Source: Candidatus Poribacteria bacterium
GTDB lineage: Bacteria; Poribacteria; WGA-4E; WGA-3G
Reading direction: 5' to 3'
Assembly: GCA_965214095.1 (NCBI GenBank)
Contig: OZ243938.1
Span: 128,001-192,000 of the forward strand
DNA: 64,000 nucleotides
Shown here: positions 48,876 to 57,037 of the stretch, one piece after another
Position numbering within the stretch: the stretch's first letter is position 1
Layout of the letters: each line of letters begins with the position of its first letter
Position numbers and translations under genes: made by a program
Notes under the pieces: generated by a model
What the model was told of the DNA's origin: nothing
Database searches by the model: none
What the model saw: the letters and a program-made list of their open reading frames with translations, nothing else

Positions 48876-50039
48876 ATGTGGGTACGCTTATTTAATTCAT
48901 CAACACTCCTTCTATTCATTTCTATAGCATTCGTAACGCACGGTTTTGCACAAGCATCAACCGTGCGTTTTGTTAATGCACAGGGGGAAACAATTGCAGA
49001 AGAGGAATCCGTTCAACATAATGAAATAACTTACCTACCTGTTGATATACTCAAATCAGTTATAGATCCAAATTTACAATCAGAATATCATCGTCCTCGC
49101 AAACAACTTACTTTAAAAACTAAAGATAAATTAATTCAAATTGGCATAGGCAAGACCTCTATTACAATTGACCCCGGTAAACAAACACATACAATGTCTG
49201 TACCTCCTCGTGTTCTTCAAGGTCAACCGATGTTGCCAATCGCTTTTTTTACTGAAATACTCCCCAAAATAGATGATGTAGAGGTGCAATTCAACACCAA
49301 CCTTCAACGTATAAGAATTATACCTAAGACTGTTTGGGAACCACAGCTAACCGATGAAAAACGTGAACTGACAATCATTATCGATCCTGGTCATGGTGGT
49401 GAAGAAGACCTTGGATGTCAAAGTCAGAACGGTCTATTTGAAAAAGATATTGTTCTCACGCTTGCAAAACAGATTAAACAGCAAGTAAAACAAGATGGGT
49501 TTTCAATTATTCTAACTCGTAGCGAAGATACAGTAACAAAACGTATTCGCCGAGTTCAAATATCAAACCAGAATCAAGGACAACTTTTTCTGAGTTTGCA
49601 CTGCAATGCGTCTTATTCCCCATCGAACCAAGGAATTCGGATTTATTTGAACAATCCAAACGGATTGATTCGGTTCAGACAGAGACCAATTCCGTTGTTA
49701 GGAAAAGAAAGTCTTAATATTCTAACACAGGACAATTACTTCAAACAGAGTAAAGATTTTGCTGAAGTCTTGCAGAAAGAATTGAACTTTCATTCAGAAG
49801 AACCCGTTAAAATATTAGAGTTACCCCTCATTTCTCTTTCAGATGTATATATGCCAGCAGTTCAAATAGAACTTGGTTACCTCTCAAATCTTGATGATGT
49901 GACCCGTCTTTCCAACCCCGAACATATTATACAACTCTCTAATGCAATAATCCGAGCAATACAGATATATTCTGTATCTATATATACATCTTCAGTTCCA
50001 AATGATACACCAGCAGAAGACCCGACAGATTCAAATTGA
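48876..50039 (+). CDS. N-acetylmuramoyl-L-alanine amidase (Amidase_3), secreted
   Basis: Signal peptide and the Zn/catalytic residues IIDPGHGG, EKD, SLHCNA and IELGYLSN. Confidence 0.9.
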   Translation: MWVRLFNSSTLLLFISIAFVTHGFAQASTVRFVNAQGETIAEEESVQHNEITYLPVDILKSVIDPNLQSEYHRPRKQLTLKTKDKLIQIGIGKTSITIDPGKQTHTMSVPPRVLQGQPMLPIAFFTEILPKIDDVEVQFNTNLQRIRIIPKTVWEPQLTDEKRELTIIIDPGHGGEEDLGCQSQNGLFEKDIVLTLAKQIKQQVKQDGFSIILTRSEDTVTKRIRRVQISNQNQGQLFLSLHCNASYSPSNQGIRIYLNNPNGLIRFRQRPIPLLGKESLNILTQDNYFKQSKDFAEVLQKELNFHSEEPVKILELPLISLSDVYMPAVQIELGYLSNLDDVTRLSNPEHIIQLSNAIIRAIQIYSVSIYTSSVPNDTPAEDPTDSN

Positions 50040-50102
50040 TTTGTCATGTCTGAAATACAAGAATCATTCATTAAAAATTCAATAGAATTAATATAGAGTT
50101 GT

Positions 50103-50702
50103 GTGAGCAAGGTCATGAATATTTTGAGAAAAATCCTACATTCAAGACTCTTTATTACATGGTGTATCACATTCGTTGTCATTTTAATATGTCTTTCCAT
50201 ATCGCTCTTGCTAATTTCGCATTCAAAACGAACAATAATTCAGGATGCACCACCGAAACTTCCAGATGTTGCGAACCCTACAGATACTTTGCCAGAATCA
50301 CAACAGATCAACCTATTTCTATTGGAAACTGATGGAACTGAACTAACCCCAAAAAAAGTCGAATTACGACTATTACTTGATACAGCAGAACGTCTAAAAC
50401 AGATAATCACGGCACTTATTAAGGAAACACCACCAAGTTACCGAAATCCTATTCCGCGTGGAACAATCCTAAACCAAGTATACATTGACAATCAGAAGAC
50501 TGCGTATATGGATTTTTCTCACCATCTTGCCTCTGGACAAATTGGAGGGACAACCGCTGAATTTTTGACTATATCTGCAATTCTAAAAACTGTTTTTGAT
50601 GCATTTCCGAAAAAAGTTCTACATATTCAGATTCTGATTGATGGAAAAGAACAAGAGACACTTTCAGGACATATTAACATATCTCAACCCTTACGGTTTT
50701 GA
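50103..50702 (+). CDS. GerMN domain membrane protein
   Basis: N-terminal TM helix; IP.GT.L..VYI...AY.DFS, GG.T.E...I..I..T and ILIDG....TL.GH motifs. Confidence 0.85.
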   Translation: MSKVMNILRKILHSRLFITWCITFVVILICLSISLLLISHSKRTIIQDAPPKLPDVANPTDTLPESQQINLFLLETDGTELTPKKVELRLLLDTAERLKQIITALIKETPPSYRNPIPRGTILNQVYIDNQKTAYMDFSHHLASGQIGGTTAEFLTISAILKTVFDAFPKKVLHIQILIDGKEQETLSGHINISQPLRF

Positions 50703-50737
50703 GTAAAACTAACATAAAGATAAGATAGGTTCATATC

Positions 50738-51355
50738 GTGAAACTTATTGTTGGACTCGGTAATCCAGGTCTTCGCTATCAGAATACGAAACACAATGTC
50801 GGATTCAGAGTCATAGATGGATTCTACGACAAGTTTCTCTCGACTCAATCTGGTGGCTTTACTCATACCAAACGTGCAACATCAATATGTAATTCACTGA
50901 TCATGCAAACGAATCTACAAGAGACACCTATTATTTTTGCTAAGCCAATGACCTATATGAACAATAGCGGTTCTGCAGTCTCTGCTCTGGTTCGTAGATT
51001 TGATATCCAACTTTCAGACCTTCTGATTGTTTATGATGATGTGCATTTGGATATAGGTATGATAAGAATAAGAAGGAACGGAAGTGACGGTGGTCAAAAA
51101 GGTATGCAGTCTATTATCCGGCACTTAGGTACTATAGATTTTCCACGTTTGCGGATCGGTATTGGAGAACCCACATGTGACATTGTAGATTATGTGCTGT
51201 CAGAATTTACTAAAGAAGAAGAAACTACGATTGAACAAACGATGGATCGCTCAGTAGAAGCGATTGTAATTTACCTAAATGAAGGAATCCAGACTGCAAT
51301 GAATAAGTATAATGGTCGCTTGATAACATCAATGGCTGACACTTCTGAGGAGTAA
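50738..51355 (+). CDS. pth: Peptidyl-tRNA hydrolase
   Basis: LIVGLGNPG..Y..T.HNVGF, KP.TYMN.SG, YDD and RLRIGIG motifs. Confidence 0.96.
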   Translation: MKLIVGLGNPGLRYQNTKHNVGFRVIDGFYDKFLSTQSGGFTHTKRATSICNSLIMQTNLQETPIIFAKPMTYMNNSGSAVSALVRRFDIQLSDLLIVYDDVHLDIGMIRIRRNGSDGGQKGMQSIIRHLGTIDFPRLRIGIGEPTCDIVDYVLSEFTKEEETTIEQTMDRSVEAIVIYLNEGIQTAMNKYNGRLITSMADTSEE

Positions 51356-51358
51356 GTA

Positions 51359-52465
51359 ATGGATAAAAAATACCATATACAGAATGTAAATGACATACCC
51401 AGTCCTGTTCTTGTGGTATATCGTGATTTAGTTCAAAAAAATATAGAACATGCAATTAATACGGTTAATGGTGATGTATCCAAACTAAGACCCCATGCAA
51501 AAACTCACAAGACTACCGAGATCATTGAAATGGAACGGGAAGCAGGTATCCTCAAACATAAATGTGCAACTTTACGAGAAGCAGAAATGCTTGCACAGAA
51601 CGGTATTGAGGATATAGTAATTGCATATCAGATGGTAGGTCCAAATATCAATAGATTTCTATCGATTCAACAACAATATCCAGATGTAGATTTCAAGGTA
51701 ATCGTTGATCATATAGACGCAGTTACACAACTATCTGAAGCGGCAAAGAATCTCGGTTTGAATGTAAAAGTCATGCTTGATCTTGATGTGGGAATGAAAC
51801 GAACAGGTGTGCCAGTCGGCGATGATGCTGTCAAGATTTACGAAGCTATTGATCAGTCCGATGGGTTGGAACCGTGGGGTTTGCATGTCTACGATGGACA
51901 TATCCATGATATAGAAGTAATTGCTCGTACGAATGCCTGCAAAAAAAGTCTTTATCAAGTTGAAAAGATGCAAGACATGTTGTCAAAGATGGGACTCCCT
52001 GTACCTCTTGTCGTTATGGGAGGCACACCAACTTTCCCAATCTATGCCAAGACACCAGGAGTAGAAGCATCACCCGGTACATTTGTCTTTCACGACTACG
52101 GTTATGCGACTCATTTTCCTGACCTCGGTTTCATTCCTGCTGCTTTGTTATTAAGTAGAGTCATTAGTATACCCTCTTCAACCCGCTTCACACTTGATTT
52201 GGGACACAAAGCTATCGCAGCCGATCCTGATGGTGTTCGTGGCACAATACTGAATATTGACGATACCGAGGTAGATATGCAACATGAGGAACATTGGGCG
52301 ATAAATGTTCCTGATACTTCTCAGATACAGATTGGACAAGAAGTATATGTCTGTCCAACACATATATGTCCATCCGTTGCGTTGCATCCATTTTACTATG
52401 TGATAGATTCAGATGGATATTACCGAGAGACATGGGAAGTTACTGCACGAAATAGAAGTAGTTAA
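51359..52465 (+). CDS. D-threonine aldolase / DSD1 family fold-type III PLP enzyme
   Basis: Motifs LRPHAKTHK, D.G..RTG, GGTPT, PGTFVF.D, DLGHKA, EEH and PTHICP. Confidence 0.9.
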   Translation: MDKKYHIQNVNDIPSPVLVVYRDLVQKNIEHAINTVNGDVSKLRPHAKTHKTTEIIEMEREAGILKHKCATLREAEMLAQNGIEDIVIAYQMVGPNINRFLSIQQQYPDVDFKVIVDHIDAVTQLSEAAKNLGLNVKVMLDLDVGMKRTGVPVGDDAVKIYEAIDQSDGLEPWGLHVYDGHIHDIEVIARTNACKKSLYQVEKMQDMLSKMGLPVPLVVMGGTPTFPIYAKTPGVEASPGTFVFHDYGYATHFPDLGFIPAALLLSRVISIPSSTRFTLDLGHKAIAADPDGVRGTILNIDDTEVDMQHEEHWAINVPDTSQIQIGQEVYVCPTHICPSVALHPFYYVIDSDGYYRETWEVTARNRSS

Positions 52466-52481
52466 TAAATATAGTAGATTT

Positions 52482-52607
52482 TAGAATTAATTTGACGATG
52501 TGAACATGCAATGTTAGGATTCCTCTCCTACCAGTGAATGTCCGAGGCGCAATGAATTGCGCGACTACGAACACCACAATTCCGAAGCAGATGTTCACTT
52601 AATTCTA
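52482..52607. repeat. REP within a flanking inverted repeat, between convergent genes
   Basis: GAGGCGCAATGAATTGCGCGACTAC (52544-52568) is a GTAG REP on the minus strand. It is flanked by TAGAATTAA..GTGAACAT / ATGTTCAC-TTAATTCTA. Confidence 0.65.
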
Positions 52608-52669
52608 TCATTCACTATAATCAATAAATCCATGCTTTGTTGGTCACAATATTAACTGCTATCTTTGTG

Positions 52670-52921
52670 TTATTGCAGTTTGCCATCAATCCACAGTTCA
52701 TATTGAAAATCGAAAGTCCGTGGTAATATTCGGACTATACAAACTTGGTTTTCAATCTTGAAACGATGTTCATCTCCAAGATCCACGAATTTCGGTTTTC
52801 TTTCGTAAATCAATTCGTCATCAATCGATATTCGTATTCTATTACCAAACCAAACAAAACCATGTTCAACCTTTATTGTTTGTGCTGTTGCAGTTTCCAC
52901 TAACCACTTCTTAGTAACCAT
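52670..52921 (-). CDS. Small all-beta protein, FAIM1-like
   Basis: 83 aa with an AGGAGG RBS upstream. The pattern W.V......I.VEHG...G.R..I.ID...F...G.E..F......I.I....F.Y.L.IDGK resembles the FAIM N-terminal domain as recalled. Confidence 0.6.
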   Translation of the reverse strand: MVTKKWLVETATAQTIKVEHGFVWFGNRIRISIDDELIYERKPKFVDLGDEHRFKIENQVCIVRILPRTFDFQYELWIDGKLQ

Positions 52922-53118
52922 TTATGGTATGCCTCCTAAAACTAACTGGAAAGATTACACGATAGTGACCATGTTATACCATTTCTATAAATGTTTATCC
53001 CATTATCATCTGTTAAGAATGTCTTGAAGGACTGCACAAACTGGCAGTTTGTGGTACAAAAATGCGGCGTTTTCTATTAGAAATGGTATTATTTCTGGCT
53101 TGATTTAGACATAAAACA

Positions 53119-54168
53119 CTACAAATTCGCAATTGCATCAACCAATTTATCTGGTCCATACTTTACGACATCAGTTGCTGGCAATCCTAATTCTTTTTCT
53201 ATATCCTTAATTGCTTTGACAGTTTCCTCTTCTGATAGATCAAAACAGTTGAGCGCTATTCCAATTACCCTTGCAGGTTTGATAGGGGCAGCTAACATCT
53301 CATACTGTGCAACCATTTCGGTCAGAGAAGGCAAAGGTACTGTGTAACGTGCAACGGTATCGCGTGAGGGTTGATGGCAAAAGATCATCGCATCAGGCAT
53401 GCTGCCGTGTAGCAAACTCAACGTCACACCTGAATAACCCGGATGTACTAACGCACCTTGTCCTTCAACAATAAGCAGTTCGTGTTTCCTTGCTCCTTCA
53501 AGAACAATTTCTTCCGCTGCTCCTGCAGTAAAATCAGAAACTACCGCATCAATTGCAATTCCCCATCCCCACACCATAATCCCGTTCTGTCCCGTTGGAC
53601 AAAATTCAGCATTAAGTCCACGTGTCCTTGCTGCTTTGGTAATCTCTATACCAGATAGCATTTTCCCAACCCTACAATCCGAACCGACTGTGAGTATAAC
53701 GGTTGCATCTACTTCTGCGGCTTTGCAAGTAGCAACAGGAAGGTTCTCAGGAGGCTTTCTTGCATCCCACAGAACCACATTGTTCTTCGCTGCTAAATCC
53801 ACAAATTCGTCGTTTTCACTCAAGAAATGATGGAGACCACTCATAATGTGCAATCCACGACTGATTGCTTCACGAATAATTCCCTCCCATTCAGTAGGTA
53901 ATTCACCGCCAGGAGGTGCAATTCCGATTGCCAACATCGTCGGTTGTAAATGCATCACGTCTGCCAGATTCTTGACGACAGGAATTCCTTCGCCAATTTT
54001 AATGACTTCGCTGACATCTTTACTGGTATTTGTGCTATCAATCACAGCGACAACGTTATCTGGAAGATACCGCACTAATACGGTTGCAGTCTTGGATTCA
54101 AGAACGCCAAACGAACCTTCGGCAAGTATTACAATTTTATGTGATTTGGGGTTTATTTGTTTCATCAT
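53119..54168 (-). CDS. DUF1611 P-loop protein (DgcN / D-glutamate N-acetyltransferase-like)
   Basis: Motifs GIAPPGG.LP, SGLH, VGSDC.VGKM, TGQ.GI, IDAVVSDF.AGA.E and EGQGAL.HP.YS. Confidence 0.88.
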   Translation of the reverse strand: MMKQINPKSHKIVILAEGSFGVLESKTATVLVRYLPDNVVAVIDSTNTSKDVSEVIKIGEGIPVVKNLADVMHLQPTMLAIGIAPPGGELPTEWEGIIREAISRGLHIMSGLHHFLSENDEFVDLAAKNNVVLWDARKPPENLPVATCKAAEVDATVILTVGSDCRVGKMLSGIEITKAARTRGLNAEFCPTGQNGIMVWGWGIAIDAVVSDFTAGAAEEIVLEGARKHELLIVEGQGALVHPGYSGVTLSLLHGSMPDAMIFCHQPSRDTVARYTVPLPSLTEMVAQYEMLAAPIKPARVIGIALNCFDLSEEETVKAIKDIEKELGLPATDVVKYGPDKLVDAIANL

Positions 54169-54201
54169 TATTAATTAGATTAACATATATCATCTGGTAT
54201 T

Positions 54202-55101
54202 TCAAGAATTTGGCAGGAATTGACGAAGGTGTCTACATCCTATTGCAAAACCCTCTAATCCCGGTGCGCCTCTATCTTCGTTTTCAACGCATAGAACATA
54301 GTCGTATCCAGATTCCATCAATGCTCCGATAATTGTTCCCCAATTCAATTGTCCTCTACCAGGAACTCTGTATTGCCACCACCAATTCCCGATTATCCCC
54401 TGCCGAAACAACATCCGTGGACTTATCTCACAATCCTTTACATCCGCATAATACCACTTTCCTTGAAACATACGAATTGCATCTTCAGCAGGCATAATCC
54501 CCATCCATAGCCAGTGTGATGGGTCACAAGATAAACCGAGATAATCGGATGGAATTGTGTCAAGGATACGTTCCCACATCTCTGGATTACATGCGATGTT
54601 TCCCATCCGCACCGCACAATCTAAAGCAAGTTTCACGTTCTTTTCCTCAGCGAATTTGACGACAGGTGTCCACATCTCTTTGAATCGGTCAATGAGTTCC
54701 ATAGAACGATCCCCTGGATTACCGGGTTCGGAAGAGAATTGCCCGTAAAAATGCCAACTTACAGGACTACCAGCATACGTAACAACCACTGGAATATCAA
54801 GGATATGGGCAGCTTCAATTGCTTTTAGGAGAGAATCCCGTGCGTTTTCACGTGTTTCTAAATCATCAACTAACAAGTTTGAATGTGCTGTTAATGCAGC
54901 GACGAAAATGTCCGTCTGCGATAAATATCTCTTGACTTCTTCTCCATCTGTTTGTATAATCTGCTTCGGATCAAAGAGTCCGCTTGCATTTGGTCGGATT
55001 GCGTCAAAATCGTTGGATTTTGCCCATTCTGTGCATTCTTCAAGACTCCAGGCACCACTGCCAACGGTTGTGCTAAAACTGATCTTCATTTTTAACCTCA
55101 C
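54202..55101 (-). CDS. Sugar phosphate isomerase/epimerase (xylose isomerase-like TIM barrel)
   Basis: Motifs DPSH, VKD, YRVPGRG.LNW and GYD..L.VENED. Confidence 0.85.
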   Translation of the reverse strand: MRLKMKISFSTTVGSGAWSLEECTEWAKSNDFDAIRPNASGLFDPKQIIQTDGEEVKRYLSQTDIFVAALTAHSNLLVDDLETRENARDSLLKAIEAAHILDIPVVVTYAGSPVSWHFYGQFSSEPGNPGDRSMELIDRFKEMWTPVVKFAEEKNVKLALDCAVRMGNIACNPEMWERILDTIPSDYLGLSCDPSHWLWMGIMPAEDAIRMFQGKWYYADVKDCEISPRMLFRQGIIGNWWWQYRVPGRGQLNWGTIIGALMESGYDYVLCVENEDRGAPGLEGFAIGCRHLRQFLPNS

Positions 55102-55134
55102 TATGAATTCAGGAATACTACCAATTATACAGAT

Positions 55135-55812
55135 ATGCGAATTGTTTGTGTAGAAAATCTTGACAAAAGACTACTTGAGCTATATCAGCAACTTCAGGCT
55201 GAGCATGGTAACCTTAGATGGTGGCCTGCTGATACACCATTTGAAGTTGCACTGGGTGCTATCCTTACACAAGCAACTGCTTGGCGGAACGTTGAGAAAG
55301 CACTTGATAATCTCAAAGCTGCAGATGCATTTACACCAGAACAGATCCATGCAATCAGTCAAGACGAGTTGGAGAAATTAGTTCACCCATCCGGATATTT
55401 TCGTATGAAAGCCAAGAAGGTACGTGCTTTTGTTAACCATATCGTTGAACGTCCAATGGCAGTCATGTTTGAACAAGATGTTCCGGAGTTACGAAAAGAA
55501 TTACTTTCTATTTACGGCGTTGGTCCAGAAACTGCAGATTCAATCATACTCTATGCAGCGGAAAAACCGAGTTTTGTTGTTGATACCTATACCTACAGAC
55601 TCATCAGTCGGTTAGGTTGGGTTGAAGGCAACTTCCACTATGAAAGACTGCGTACTCTATTTATGGACAACCTCCCTCATGATGTCAACCTGTTCAACGA
55701 ATATCACGCGCTAATTGTTCGTCATGGAGCAAGAGTGTGTCAGAAAACACCGGATTGTGAAGCATGTTGTCTACAAAGTCAATGCGATTTTTTTCAGGAT
55801 AGTTCTGGTTAA
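55135..55812 (+). CDS. HhH-GPD / endonuclease III-related DNA glycosylase with 4Fe-4S motif
   Basis: WWP..TPFEV..GAILTQ, LLSIYGVGPETADSI, VVDTY and terminal C-x5-C-x2-C-x5-C. Confidence 0.9.
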   Translation: MRIVCVENLDKRLLELYQQLQAEHGNLRWWPADTPFEVALGAILTQATAWRNVEKALDNLKAADAFTPEQIHAISQDELEKLVHPSGYFRMKAKKVRAFVNHIVERPMAVMFEQDVPELRKELLSIYGVGPETADSIILYAAEKPSFVVDTYTYRLISRLGWVEGNFHYERLRTLFMDNLPHDVNLFNEYHALIVRHGARVCQKTPDCEACCLQSQCDFFQDSSG

Positions 55813-55981
55813 ATCCTCCTTTATCTATACATACACATTTTATTATCACATAGAGATGTGTTTGTGATATAATACCCTCAATATGAAATTATATTTCTAA
55901 CAACCAGATTCAGATTGTATCTGTCTGGTGTTATGTTTTGGACTGAAATCCGTTTATTGCATAATATTAGGAGTGAATTTA

Positions 55982-56950
55982 ATGGCTAATAATCTACGTT
56001 TCGGTGTTGTCGGTTTAGGTATGGGTATGAATCGTGCAGGTGTTATTCATGGTACAGACGGTGCTGAACTTGTCGCTGTCGCAGACCTAAAACCAGAGCG
56101 ACGTAAAGCTGCTGAAGAAAAGTTTGAATGTGAAAGTCACGAAGATGCCCTTGAAATGTTTGACCGTGATGATATTGATGTTGCAATGATTATGACCCCC
56201 AGTGGATTGCATGGACATTTCGGTGAAGAAGCTGCACGTCGGGGAAAGCATGTAATTACCACGAAACCGATGGATGTCAGCGTTGAGAACTGCAATTCTC
56301 TTATCAAGACATGTGAAGACAACAATGTAAAACTGCTGGTTGACTTCAGTGAAAGATATGGTACTCAGAACAGACGTATCAAAGCTGCTTTGGATCAAGG
56401 AGCATTAGGTAGACCGCTCTTGTGTGAACTTCGTATGAAATGGAAACGTCCCGATAGTTATTATGTCGGTTGGCACGGCACATGGGAATTAGATGGCGGC
56501 GGTTCTATTATGAACCAAGGTGTACACTCCATTGACTTGATGTTGTGGTTAATGGGACCCGTCAAACGCGTGATCGGTGCCCACTATGATGTCTACGATC
56601 ATGAGAATTGTGAAACTGAAGATATGACCTCCGCAATTTTGGAGTTTGAAAACGGTGCATTGGGACATGTGCTAACAACTACGACCTATCCCGGTGGTAA
56701 TGTAACAATGATTCACATTCACGGTCAAACAGGGATTGTCGGCGTTGGTCCAGAAATTTGGCAGTTCCCTGAAGGCGAAGAACCTGAGATTGAACTTCCG
56801 CCTTATCCCGGAAGTGTAATTCAAGATGCAATCCGTGTTGTTAACGAGGATGCTACCCCTGCTGTTGATGGTTATGAAGGTAGACGTTCTGTTGAGCTCA
56901 ACATGGCTATCTATGAATGTGCGCGGACTGGTAAGGAAGTTACTCTGTAG
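55982..56950 (+). CDS. Gfo/Idh/MocA family oxidoreductase
   Basis: RFGVVGLGMG, TKP (EKP-like) and DGGGS.MNQGVH motifs. ATG 55982 follows AGGAG. Confidence 0.9.
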   Translation: MANNLRFGVVGLGMGMNRAGVIHGTDGAELVAVADLKPERRKAAEEKFECESHEDALEMFDRDDIDVAMIMTPSGLHGHFGEEAARRGKHVITTKPMDVSVENCNSLIKTCEDNNVKLLVDFSERYGTQNRRIKAALDQGALGRPLLCELRMKWKRPDSYYVGWHGTWELDGGGSIMNQGVHSIDLMLWLMGPVKRVIGAHYDVYDHENCETEDMTSAILEFENGALGHVLTTTTYPGGNVTMIHIHGQTGIVGVGPEIWQFPEGEEPEIELPPYPGSVIQDAIRVVNEDATPAVDGYEGRRSVELNMAIYECARTGKEVTL

Positions 56951-56963
56951 ATCGCAAACTGAT

Positions 56964-57017
56964 GTTCTGTAGGTGTGCGTTTCTTATCGGCACTGTTGAG
57001 TAATCCACCTACAGAAC
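56964..57017. terminator. Inverted repeat between convergent genes (terminator or REP-derived)
   Basis: 12-bp arms GTTCTGTAGGTG / CACCTACAGAAC. Confidence 0.45.
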
Positions 57018-57037
57018 CACCTAAAAGTTCTGTCAAA

